Assembly: GCA_003152315.1 (NCBI GenBank)
Contig: PLZV01000023.1
Span: 4,905-68,904 of the forward strand
Source: Verrucomicrobiota bacterium
GTDB taxonomy: Bacteria; Verrucomicrobiota; Verrucomicrobiia; Palsa-1439
Direction of reading: 5' to 3'
DNA: 64,000 nucleotides
Shown here: positions 40,397 through 49,147 of the stretch, one piece after another
Layout: each line of letters starts with the position of its first letter
How positions within the stretch are numbered: position 1 is the first letter of the stretch
Translations under genes and position numbers: made by a program
The notes under the pieces: model-generated
What the model saw: the letters and a program-made list of their open reading frames with translations, nothing else
What the model was told of the DNA's origin: nothing
Database searches by the model: none

Positions 40397-42328
40397 TTAT
40401 CTGGCGACCACAGGTAGTACGCCCTGCTCGGTCAAGAACTCCGTCATGGCATTGCGGGATTTATCCTTCCACTCAGGCAATTGGCTTTGAAAGCCATGAT
40501 TTCCGCCGGGCACCGTAACGAGTTCGCAAACATTGCTACTCGCGACGAGCCTGGCACGCAGGGCGATGGATTGGGCGTTGGTCACAGTAGTGTCAGCATC
40601 GCCATGAAACACCAGCACAGGAGGCATCTTCGCGTCCAGTTGATGCACGGGTGAGAGTGCCTCGGCCTTGTCGCCGAAGCGTTTGGGCGTGTAACCGGTA
40701 TTCGACGAAGTGTCGGAAACAGGGCTAACCAGGATCAGCGCGATCGGTTTGACACGGGGCGCTTCGTTGGTGATCGAGCCGGGCGGTGTGTGCTCAATCG
40801 CCGTCCACAACGCGACATGACCGCCGGCGGAAGAGCCGCCGACCACGATCCTCTTGGAATCGATTCCCAATTTGTCCGCGTGGTCTTCAATCCAGCGCAC
40901 CGCCGCGCGCCCATCCGCTACTGATTCCAGCGGCGTCGTGTTGAACCGCTCCTTGGTGCGGTAGTCAGGCGCGATGCCAACCATCCCGAGCGTGGTCGCC
41001 CATTTCGCATAACCGGCGGAGCGTTCCGGCGTCCCTCTTGTCCAGCCGCCGCCGAAAAAGAAGACCAAGGCCGGCCGATGGTCTTCCGTCTTCCAGTTTT
41101 TTGGTTTGAAGACATGGAGTCGCATCGGCTCCGGCTGGCCGTCCCGATAAACGTAGGTCTCGGCGCCGGGTAGCGTCACGGGCGTTGTCGCCGGTGCATT
41201 GGTAGAAGCCTCCGGTGACGATTCGGGGGGCCAGATCCGTGCAGCCTGGTCGAGGAGCGGTTGTAAGAAGCCGGGTTTAAGTTGTTTCAACTGGCTGTGC
41301 GGCCAGGTTTCCGGAGCAGCGTTGTAGGGACGGAGGAATTCGATTCCCCGGCGCAGGCTGGGGCCGTTGGTTCCCTCATAATGCCAAAGATCCACACCGA
41401 GCGGTGCCGCAAGTTTGGCGGCGCAAAACTGGGCTTCGAGATTGAAGGCGCAGTAGCCGAGGCTATCACTGCGGACAAGCTCAAACGGTTGGCTGCCGTC
41501 GGGCGCGAACTGGCTCCTAATACGCGCAAAATCCTCGCGGGCGAACTGGCGGGCGTCCTCTTCGCGATCCAGATAACGGGCAATGGCAATGATTTGGCCG
41601 AGATACCAGGAGCCGTGGTTGTTGGGAGCGTTGTGCTCGCGTTTGCCGTTTTTGCTGGTGGTGAGCCAGAGCAGGTAATCGGAAAACCATTGGTGAACCG
41701 TTGCCTCATCGTTGCCCATGAATGCGGGCGAGCCGTGCAGCAACCGCAGCGCATCAATCAGGCGAATGAAGCGGTGCATGTCAATCAGCCCGGAATTGGA
41801 GCCGTGGTTGCCGTCGCGTCCAAGGCGGATTTGGGCATACTCGAAAGACGGGTTGACGCGTGTGGCCGGCGTGACGAACCATGCGCGTATCCACTCCCCC
41901 GCGCGGCGGGCGCAGTCTTCACGGTGCTCGAGATGCCACACGTGGGCCAGCGTTTCAACCGTGTCGACCATGCGACTCAATCGCTCCTCGTCGCCGAAGG
42001 CCATTTGTTCGCGATTGGGATGACCGTCGCGTTGGATAAATGGGAGACCGTTCGTACTCGCAGGGTTGGGCCACCAGTAGCGGCCATAACTGACGTAATC
42101 GTGCGCGTCACCAGTGGGAGAAGGACGCACCTTGTCGACCACCGTGGCGATGGGAAGATGGAGGGCTTTGCGGGCGTTGCCGCTAATCGTCGACGTGTCC
42201 AATGCTTTAACGTCGAGCAGGAATGGCGACAAAGGCTCGGAGGCGCGGGCGCGCCCGATGGGCGCAGATAGCAGGCTGGTGAACAACAACACTTGGCGCA
42301 GAAATCTGGACGGATTCGGGATCATCAC
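40397..42328 (-). CDS. Secreted PL38-like alginate/glucuronan lyase fused to an alpha/beta-hydrolase esterase
   Basis: HDYVSYGRYWWPNP...GLPFIQRDG.PN, NNHG.WY, GSQPFELVR; C-terminal half FFGGGW, GSSAGGH, HGDAD, GGNHG. Confidence 0.85.
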   Translation of the reverse strand: MMIPNPSRFLRQVLLFTSLLSAPIGRARASEPLSPFLLDVKALDTSTISGNARKALHLPIATVVDKVRPSPTGDAHDYVSYGRYWWPNPASTNGLPFIQRDGHPNREQMAFGDEERLSRMVDTVETLAHVWHLEHREDCARRAGEWIRAWFVTPATRVNPSFEYAQIRLGRDGNHGSNSGLIDMHRFIRLIDALRLLHGSPAFMGNDEATVHQWFSDYLLWLTTSKNGKREHNAPNNHGSWYLGQIIAIARYLDREEDARQFAREDFARIRSQFAPDGSQPFELVRSDSLGYCAFNLEAQFCAAKLAAPLGVDLWHYEGTNGPSLRRGIEFLRPYNAAPETWPHSQLKQLKPGFLQPLLDQAARIWPPESSPEASTNAPATTPVTLPGAETYVYRDGQPEPMRLHVFKPKNWKTEDHRPALVFFFGGGWTRGTPERSAGYAKWATTLGMVGIAPDYRTKERFNTTPLESVADGRAAVRWIEDHADKLGIDSKRIVVGGSSAGGHVALWTAIEHTPPGSITNEAPRVKPIALILVSPVSDTSSNTGYTPKRFGDKAEALSPVHQLDAKMPPVLVFHGDADTTVTNAQSIALRARLVASSNVCELVTVPGGNHGFQSQLPEWKDKSRNAMTEFLTEQGVLPVVAR

Positions 42329-44475
42329 TTCAGATCCAGCGAAGTGTCCGTCACCGCGATGAGGTCGGTTTTTCCGTCCGGACGGGTAACCCGGAGCACG
42401 CCGTCATTGAGCGTCACCCTGAGCGCGGCTGGCGTGGACAACGTGCGCTCAGGCCAGAGCACCGCATCAACCGTGAACTCCTTGGCGGCCTCAGCGCTCT
42501 CAAGGGTGAGGTGGCTTTGGTCTGACCATTTGCCCGTCACATAACTGCTGCCCGCCTCGCCGCTTACGTATTTGCGATCAACTGGAACGGGAAACTTGTC
42601 AGTGACGCTTCCGTGCCACGTGACTCCCGGCGCAACAAGTTGGGTGGTCAGCGCGGCCCTGTCGCCCCGGATGAACGCGGTGTTGTTCGTGCCGTTCCAG
42701 GAGAGATTTTTTTCGGCGTGCAGCAACCAGGAGAGTGTCCCCGACGTGGCGAGCAGCACGCGGTCGCGCAACACGACATAGCGGTGGTCAATAAAGATAA
42801 GATCGCGGGTCACGCGTTGAATTTTGCCGGGTTCGTTTTGGCCGGTTTGATAGGCGACGGTGGCGTCGCCGGTCGTCCAAACATAGCGCGGCGACGTTTC
42901 AAATCGCGTGATTCTTCCCGTCGATTGTTTGTCCTGCGGCTTCTGCCCAAGCCCGTCAATGAGCAGGTCGTTCTTGGACTTCGTCTGCCACGTCCATTGC
43001 TGGTGGTGCGGCGAGCGATGAAATTCCCGATACGCCGAATTAATGGCCAGCCCCTCGCCGTAGGCGTTCAAGATGAAAGCATTTTGATCCGCATGACTGT
43101 GGCTGAACGATCCGTACGGCGACGACTTGAATGTGACTTGAATATCGTCCGCCGGGCGACCGAGCGCGCTGTGCAGTGACACCCACCCAACATCCCGAAA
43201 GAAACGGTCCGAGGGCAATTTGCTCAACGGTTTTGCGGGCGGAAGCGGCCTGGCGCTCGCGATGAAATTGCGTGTCAGGAATTCACAGGCTGTCGGGTAC
43301 GTGCGGTCCAAGCCGGCGAGGCCCTTGTCAATGGGACGTGGGCGCTTGTCGGTGCAAAGTTCGGCGTAGGCGCGGAAATAACCGTTTTGCTGGACGCGAG
43401 CGACGTGCTCCATGTAATCGGCGACAACGGGATCGAGATTGAAATGGCCCGCGTTGGACGTGTCGCCGAATATCGTGTGCCGGTAAGGTTGCACGTTGTA
43501 GAGCGCGAAATAAGGCGAGTTTTTCCAGAACAGCGAAGAATACGCGAGCGGGTCGCCGATGGCCAGCAACGCGTCCTGAAATGCTGCGTGCTCGAACGTG
43601 CCCCGCCAATAGGCGTTGCCCTCGGCCCAACCGCCGTCGTCGCCGCCCCACGGACTAAACTGGTCACGGTAAAACACGTAGGCGAACTGCCACCACTCAT
43701 GCGCTTCCGGGAGGTCGTCCCATAACGCGAGCGCACCAAGCCCAACCATGGACATGAATCGCACCGGATGACTCTCGGCATTCACGTCGAGCGAATTGCG
43801 CTGGATCTTTTCGACTTTCGCCGCCTTAATCCACGCCACGGTGCGGTCACCGCGTTGCTTGAAATGCGCGAGGACAATCTTCTTCTCCTCCGTCGTAAGT
43901 TTTGCGCGAAGCTGATCATAGACCAGTGGCAGTTTGCGCCAGAGGCGGAAATTCGCTTCGTCGTTATATTCGATGTCGGTGGCGCCCGCAACCGGACCCT
44001 TCTTCCAGTCCGGCGCAAAACGCCAGGCGCAGGACTTGAGCAGGAACTCTTTGGCTTTTGTGAGATACTTCTCATCGCCGGTGACGATCCAGATTAACGT
44101 CGCCGCTTCGGCAACGCCGGAGACGCGACCGCAGATATCCTGAACGTCCCGCCACTTGTCCGCCTTGTCGGAATCGCGATTTTTGGGATCGGGATCACCG
44201 TAGGTCACCGGTTCGTCGGGAAATGGGAATGCGAGATAATCCTTGTCGAAGTCAGCCTTGGTTTTCGCGAACGCCTTCGCGCCCTCGCCCGTAGTGCAAT
44301 AGGCGCGGAAGTCTTTCTGGCGCCCTTCAATTACCATGGTGCGCGGCGGGTGCGGGGGGACGTGGGCGGCGACATCTGCTGACTGCTGGGCCATTAGTGA
44401 AACACAGACGGCCAAGCTTCCGCTCATTACCAGGCCCCACCATCGCCAGCGTCGAATGCAGACAAATGCCATCAT
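42325..44475 (-). CDS. PL15-like exo-oligoalginate lyase (DUF4962 plus heparinase II/III)
   Basis: YNDEANFR, SHPVR, PWGGDDGGWAEG..YW, FKSSPYGSFSHSHADQNAF resemble Atu3025-type PL15 enzymes. Confidence 0.85.
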   Translation of the reverse strand: MMAFVCIRRWRWWGLVMSGSLAVCVSLMAQQSADVAAHVPPHPPRTMVIEGRQKDFRAYCTTGEGAKAFAKTKADFDKDYLAFPFPDEPVTYGDPDPKNRDSDKADKWRDVQDICGRVSGVAEAATLIWIVTGDEKYLTKAKEFLLKSCAWRFAPDWKKGPVAGATDIEYNDEANFRLWRKLPLVYDQLRAKLTTEEKKIVLAHFKQRGDRTVAWIKAAKVEKIQRNSLDVNAESHPVRFMSMVGLGALALWDDLPEAHEWWQFAYVFYRDQFSPWGGDDGGWAEGNAYWRGTFEHAAFQDALLAIGDPLAYSSLFWKNSPYFALYNVQPYRHTIFGDTSNAGHFNLDPVVADYMEHVARVQQNGYFRAYAELCTDKRPRPIDKGLAGLDRTYPTACEFLTRNFIASARPLPPAKPLSKLPSDRFFRDVGWVSLHSALGRPADDIQVTFKSSPYGSFSHSHADQNAFILNAYGEGLAINSAYREFHRSPHHQQWTWQTKSKNDLLIDGLGQKPQDKQSTGRITRFETSPRYVWTTGDATVAYQTGQNEPGKIQRVTRDLIFIDHRYVVLRDRVLLATSGTLSWLLHAEKNLSWNGTNNTAFIRGDRAALTTQLVAPGVTWHGSVTDKFPVPVDRKYVSGEAGSSYVTGKWSDQSHLTLESAEAAKEFTVDAVLWPERTLSTPAALRVTLNDGVLRVTRPDGKTDLIAVTDTSLDLK

Positions 44476-44503
44476 AAGAAATACGTTCGTCTCCACATTC
44501 TCT

Positions 44504-44524
44504 TGATAAGTATTAGCATGTCAA
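44504..44524 (-). promoter_or_regulatory. Operator copy (TGATAAGTATTA, 44504-44515) in the spacer of a TTGACA promoter for the PL15 operon
   Basis: Minus-strand TTGACA at 44519-44524, followed by the palindrome variant. Confidence 0.6.
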
Positions 44525-44545
44525 TTATTTTCGGAAAAGCAAATA

Positions 44546-44571
44546 CCCTCGCCGTCGGAAGACGGCGAGGG
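44546..44571 (-). terminator. Intrinsic terminator downstream of the PEP-CTERM gene
   Basis: Perfect 11-bp stem CCCTCGCCGTC-GGAA-GACGGCGAGGG followed on the minus strand by TATTTGCTTTT. Confidence 0.75.
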
Positions 44572-44597
44572 CAAGTAAGAATATCGGGCCAAACGGA

Positions 44598-45494
44598 CTA
44601 TTTCTTCAAGGAGCGACGGCGACGCGTTACCGCACAAAGCCCGGTAAGAGCGAAACCGCAAAGAGCCAGCGTTGACGGCTCTGGAACAAGGATCAGCGCG
44701 TTGAGTTGGCTGTCAATTTGAGCGGTGGCTAAAACAGTATTCCAGGTGGCCAACTCATCGACCAGCCCGGGAACTCCAGCAACATTAAAACCGCCACTGG
44801 CATCGCTCTGTATGGCGCTAATGGTGAACGTGCCTCCATTGCCCAGAATTGCGGTGGAAGATATGTTGCCCGTCCCGCCTCTCTGAGTAAATGACGACAG
44901 AATAGTATTGCTCGCTTGCCCTGCCACCGCCAGATAATTAGTGATTCCATACGCGCTGGAATTCGCTCCGCTAAAGTCCCAAGTGGCCGCATAGTAATAC
45001 CACGTGCCGGGGGTAACCGTCCACGGAGTGGTGATCGTCTTGTTCCCCGCCTTGATGGTAACCACCTGACCGACGAGTTCCAGGGTATACTGATTCCCAT
45101 TCGCGCCTGCGACGTCGCCGTTTGAAAAGACGTACCGTGTGCTGGCGTTGACGGCGTTTGGCGTATAGAAGAGCAGGGACAACGAACCGATGGAATTGGC
45201 GGCCCCGCTGTTGTTAATGATATTCCCACCAGCAGCCACAGCGAGTTGGGCGGTGGTGTTCGTAAAGAAAGCGGCGTCACTCACGTTGCCAAAGTAATCG
45301 TTCGTGAAGCCGGTACCAACGGCGGTTGGGACGAACGTCCCGGTGCCGATCGTAGGCACATAGGAGTTGTCCAAACTGTTGTAGTACATCGGGCTTTGGC
45401 CGGTCACAGTGCTTTGGTAGGCGGCCAAGTTCTGCCCGCGAACTGCGGCGGTCGCGAAAGCCAGACTGATTGCAATAGCCAGACATGTTTTCAT
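44598..45494 (-). CDS. PEP-CTERM exosortase target with LamG/concanavalin-like domain
   Basis: Signal peptide MKTCLAIAIS...; PGTWYYYAATWD and GLVDELATWN (LamG-like); VPEPST, TM segment and RRRRSLKK tail. Confidence 0.9.
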   Translation of the reverse strand: MKTCLAIAISLAFATAAVRGQNLAAYQSTVTGQSPMYYNSLDNSYVPTIGTGTFVPTAVGTGFTNDYFGNVSDAAFFTNTTAQLAVAAGGNIINNSGAANSIGSLSLLFYTPNAVNASTRYVFSNGDVAGANGNQYTLELVGQVVTIKAGNKTITTPWTVTPGTWYYYAATWDFSGANSSAYGITNYLAVAGQASNTILSSFTQRGGTGNISSTAILGNGGTFTISAIQSDASGGFNVAGVPGLVDELATWNTVLATAQIDSQLNALILVPEPSTLALCGFALTGLCAVTRRRRSLKK

Positions 45495-45694
45495 TCTAAG
45501 ATCTCTCCCTTTTCTCTCGGTCGTATTCATCGCGATGCCGTGTCCGAAACGAAGGGAATAACTCCACGGAATGTCTCGCCGTTGCTCGGCGACACCCTCG
45601 CTCTGGGTTTGAGTTGTAGAAAGTTCCTCGCCCTTCATTTATCCCTCATCGTCGAATGTCCCTGAGCCAACTCGCTTTGGCTCTGGAACCGTGC

Positions 45695-45706
45695 TAATAA
45701 TTATTA
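45695..45706. promoter_or_regulatory. Perfect palindromic operator TAATAATTATTA upstream of the PEP-CTERM gene
   Basis: Exact 12-bp palindrome in GC-rich context. Confidence 0.72.
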
Positions 45707-45982
45707 AATTTCACGGAAAAAAGCAAGAACTATCTTGAGAAACTCCCCAAATGGTTGGCATTCGAGGTCTTGCGTAAAGGCAAACGGATGGTGTCTGTCG
45801 ACCTGGTTTACCCAAAACCGAGAAGGCACATGATTGTTAACAAGGAGAACACTTCCGGAAACGAGCAAGGAGCGGTTGCTTATGATGCCGTGCGTTAAGG
45901 CGACCGCTATTTCCGCGTACTGAGATCGAACGATTTCTGAAAGAAACGATGGCTGAGTAGAGTGAGTAATGCGAACCGTGCT

Positions 45983-47098
45983 TTACGCCTTCGCCGCCAT
46001 TGGCACCACGTTGGCGGGTTCGGCTGTGGATGCGCCCCAGTTCATGCGCTTCGCCATTGCGGCGCTGTGTTCGTCGCGCAAGTGGCCGTAGGTCTTGGCC
46101 ACGAGCAACCCGCCGCCTTTGTGACCGAGCCAGCCTGCAATCGTCTTGAAGTCAATCCCAGCTTCGATCGCGTTTGAGCAAAAGAAGTGACGCAGAGTGT
46201 GATGGTGAAAGTGCGGAAGCTTTGCTGTTTCACAGGCAGACGTGATGGCTTTCTTTGCGTTGTCAATCTGCACAATACGGTCGGTCGGTTCGGGTGGCTT
46301 GGCCAGTGAGGCCTGTAAGCGCAGAAGAAACTCTTCCAACGCGGGGAAAAGAGGAATCGTGCGCGCCTCGTGGTTCTTTGTGCCGTACTCGCCACCGGTG
46401 ATCGTGAAGTTCTTCAATTCAAGATTCACTTCGCCCCAAGTCATGGCCGTGGCCTCCCCAAGACGGCAGCCAGAATAGGCCAGCAGTTCGCACAGGTCAG
46501 CGGCCTCGTGATACCGAACGTCGGACTGGCGTAGCGTGTCCAACAGAGTTTTGAATTGTGCTTTCGTTGGGATGACGATCTTCGCTTGGTGTTGCTTCCG
46601 ACGCTCGGCCACCCTGGCAGGATTCTCCAGAATCAAACCCTCTCGCAGGGCGTAATCTAGAATCTGAATCAGTGTCTCCCTCTCGATGTTGAACGTGCGG
46701 GCCGACGCCGTCTTGTTCCGCGATGCGGCCCATGTATCGACCTGGCTCTTGTCGATAGCACGAACCGTGTTGGTGAAGTAGGGTCTTACTGCATTGATCG
46801 CTGCCTCGCGCCGCACACGGCTCGACCGCTTCATGCCGCCCCCGACCGTGTCCAACCAACGCTTGGCAAAGTCAACAAAGAGGATGGCCTTCCCTACTTT
46901 GGTGTTGAGTCGGGCAACTTTTTGGCGTAATGCTTCAAGGCGGCGACGTGCTAGTTCTTTGTCAGTGGTTTTGAGTGATTTCTTAACCTGATCGCCCTTG
47001 CGGGTGAAGATGCCGTAGAAGATGCCCGAATCCGCGGAGCGGTATAGGCAGGGGATGTTGGTTTTCTTCAAGACTTGGCTCTTGAGGGCGGCTTCCAT
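45983..47098 (-). CDS. Tyrosine recombinase/integrase
   Basis: Catalytic residues SGCRLGE (R), TKN (K), HTLRH (HxxR), LGHK, TYGH (Y); N-terminal arm-binding-like region SLKTTD...AR; adjacent to the tRNA att site. Confidence 0.95.
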   Translation of the reverse strand: MEAALKSQVLKKTNIPCLYRSADSGIFYGIFTRKGDQVKKSLKTTDKELARRRLEALRQKVARLNTKVGKAILFVDFAKRWLDTVGGGMKRSSRVRREAAINAVRPYFTNTVRAIDKSQVDTWAASRNKTASARTFNIERETLIQILDYALREGLILENPARVAERRKQHQAKIVIPTKAQFKTLLDTLRQSDVRYHEAADLCELLAYSGCRLGEATAMTWGEVNLELKNFTITGGEYGTKNHEARTIPLFPALEEFLLRLQASLAKPPEPTDRIVQIDNAKKAITSACETAKLPHFHHHTLRHFFCSNAIEAGIDFKTIAGWLGHKGGGLLVAKTYGHLRDEHSAAMAKRMNWGASTAEPANVVPMAAKA

Positions 47099-47114
47099 GG
47101 TGGAAACATCTTAA

Positions 47115-47136
47115 AGATTGCAAATTTAGATTGCAA
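47115..47136 (+). repeat. Putative integrase arm-binding sites (right pair)
   Basis: AGATTGCAA at 47115-47123 and 47128-47136, 13-bp period. Confidence 0.7.
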
Positions 47137-47191
47137 GCACAATATTTAGGCATAGGGAAATGCTCATAAAAACACTATAAACATTGCGTGT

Positions 47192-47268
47192 GCGCCCATA
47201 GCTCAATTGGATAGAGCGTTGGTCTACGGAACCAAAGGTTGCAGGTTCAACTCCTGCTGGGCGCGCCA
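47192..47268 (+). tRNA. tRNA-Arg (ACG); contains attR
   Basis: GCGCCCA...TGGGCGC acceptor stem, anticodon stem-loop TTGGT-CTACGGA-ACCAA, GGTTCAACTCC, CCA end. Confidence 0.97.
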
Positions 47269-47380
47269 CTTCCCTCCTTCCCCTGCCGCCGGTCATTCAT
47301 ATATGTACGGCTCCTGCACGAACCGACCATACGTCCTATCTCGACTACACCAGATGCCCTCACGGACTCCATTTCGGGCT

Positions 47381-47542
47381 AAAACGAACCCAAATCCCGC
47401 AATTTGCACCCCTAAAGCCCCTCTATTTTGGGTTCGTTTTCCAAAACGAACCCACCGGATTATTCGCACGTCTTCCGTCGCAACTCGCGTGTTCGTTGGC
47501 GGTTACATCAAAAACACCGTCGCAAAACGGTGGGTTCGTTTC
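47381..47542. repeat. Cluster of four AAAACGAACCCA / TGGGTTCGTTTY inverted repeats
   Basis: Copies at 47381-47392 (+), 47429-47440 (-), 47443-47454 (+) and 47531-47542 (-). Confidence 0.8.
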
Positions 47543-47572
47543 GCAGAAACATATATGGGCCCCCGCGTGTCG

Positions 47573-47690
47573 CGCCGCAGCGCTTGCGGAGGCGGAAGCT
47601 GCGCACAGCAGCGAGTCGCGCCGTAGCCTTGGCGAAGGCGGACCCAAGCTTGTCCTAGGTCTTGTCCGCCGTAGCCTTGGCGAAGGCGGA
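47573..47690 (+). repeat. Three REP-like hairpins CGCCGTAGCCTTGGCGAAGGCGGA
   Basis: Exact copies at 47619-47642 and 47667-47690; degenerate copy at 47573-47596. Confidence 0.8.
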
Positions 47691-47994
47691 TTCCCAATGT
47701 CAAAGAACTGCGCCGATCATACCCCTTTCGGATTATCGTGTCCAGAAAAATAATCTATTTACGATAAATTGACAGGGCACGGGAGTTGCCGCGTTTCTGC
47801 TCGGTTGTAGCTGCGCGTCGGCTCTTACGACATTCGGGACCCCTGCGCCGAAGTCTCATGCCGAGAGCGATGTGCTCCATGACGGGCCGCATCCGCCCCT
47901 TGCGCTTCCCGAACGACTCTCTTTTAGGGTGGCACTGGCTGGCACAGAGTGTCACTATTACGGCAAAGCAGCTGGTACAGCCAGGTGAATTAGC

Positions 47995-48693
47995 ATGGAC
48001 ATCACTCTCTCGTGTTCCAATTGCGGTCAACAGCTTGCGGTAGATGAATACGGCGCTGGTTTGACTCTGCCATGTCCAAAGTGTGGGCAGAATCTTCCGA
48101 TTCCCGCCATCCCAACTGGTAAAAAAACAGGCTCTTCAGAACGATCGGCAGCGTCCGCTGGCAAGAGTTCAAGCGGAGCGGTTTCATCCTCACAGGCATT
48201 CCAACATGCTACTGGTAAAGACGTGTTCCACATCTCCTTTGACGGCAAAATCAAAGGCCCGTACACGCTCCAAGAGCTAGCAGAGTTGTATTACAGGGGG
48301 CTTGTCCAGTCCGATACCATATACAGCGAGAACAACTCTGAGCACTGGCATCCGATTTCCGATATTCCGATGCTGAGATACGCTCGACCTGCGCCCTCAC
48401 ACGCTCCTACTGCCTCACCTCTTGCGGGAACGGCTTTGATAAAATCATCCGCCACGTCACCAGGTACAAAAGCAGTTTACGGGAACAACCGCGGTTTCCT
48501 CAAGAACCTTGCATTGAACCTGCGAGGACCGGGGTTTGTTATAGTGTTGGTTTCGTGGCTACTTGCCGTAGTTGCTGTTTCTATCTGGGCCAACGAGAGT
48601 GGTCGCAAAGTCGCCTACGGTTTACTTTCGGCCTTTATCGCAGTGTACTTTATGGCGCTGGCTTCGGTCGGCCACAAATCTGATCACCTCTGA
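47995..48693 (+). CDS. Zinc-ribbon + GYF_2 (DUF4339) + two-TM membrane protein
   Basis: CSNC...CPKC; GKIKGPYTLQEL...G....T......W (GYF_2); two C-terminal hydrophobic helices. Confidence 0.75.
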   Translation: MDITLSCSNCGQQLAVDEYGAGLTLPCPKCGQNLPIPAIPTGKKTGSSERSAASAGKSSSGAVSSSQAFQHATGKDVFHISFDGKIKGPYTLQELAELYYRGLVQSDTIYSENNSEHWHPISDIPMLRYARPAPSHAPTASPLAGTALIKSSATSPGTKAVYGNNRGFLKNLALNLRGPGFVIVLVSWLLAVVAVSIWANESGRKVAYGLLSAFIAVYFMALASVGHKSDHL

Positions 48694-48698
48694 GTTCG

Positions 48699-48989
48699 TT
48701 ACCTTTTGATCACCGTGAAGTTTTCGTTGTAGTAACTCTCGTACCCCGCACGCCATGCCTTCGCCAATCCGTTGACCCATTGAAAGCGCGTCGTGCTGAC
48801 CTTGTTACTGGCTCGGCCACTTGTGAGACGCACTCGCCTTGGAACGTGGTCGCTATCCGCCAAACGGATGCGTTTCGACTTCGTTCCCTCTTTGAGCACC
48901 GGCGACGACCCCTTCAACGGCAAATCTTTGAGCAAGGCAGGTAGGGTTTCACCCCATGGCCTTCGACCAACCGCTGGCCTAAAATCCAA
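48699..48989 (-). pseudogene. Probable remnant of a PhnA/YjdM C-terminal domain
   Basis: LLKDLPLKGSSPVLKEGTKSKRIRLADSDH resembles IKDLKVKGSS.VLK.GTKVKNIRLVDGDH; the rest is unrelated. Confidence 0.4.
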
Positions 48990-48991
48990 GT

Positions 48992-49147
48992 ATGAAAAAA
49001 ATAATCGCCTCTTGCCTTACCGTTGTTGCCCTTGCGTTGATATCCGGCTGCGCCTCTGATGGCACTCACAGCAGGACCACCACGACGGAACAAACCACGA
49101 CGCCTAGTCCCGTCACCACGACTACCACGGATACACAAACCAAGTAG
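48992..49147 (+). CDS. Small Thr-rich lipoprotein (51 aa)
   Basis: MKKIIASCLTVVALALISGC lipobox followed by a poly-Thr tail; manual translation. Confidence 0.7.
   Translation: MKKIIASCLTVVALALISGCASDGTHSRTTTTEQTTTPSPVTTTTTDTQTK

Larger units (their letters stand above)
18231..47230. mobile_element. ~29-kb integrative genomic island in tRNA-Arg(ACG) carrying an alginate/uronan utilisation locus
   Basis: 41-bp direct repeats at both ends, tyrosine integrase adjacent to the intact tRNA, matching arm-type repeat pairs at both ends. Confidence 0.9.

Noticed and set aside
18231-47230. Prophage or ICE
   Set aside because: No structural, replication or conjugation genes; integrase only.
47573-47690. 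Possible mini-CRISPR array
   Set aside because: Only three copies (one degenerate), spacers of 22-24 nt, no cas genes or leader; the hairpin looks like a REP.
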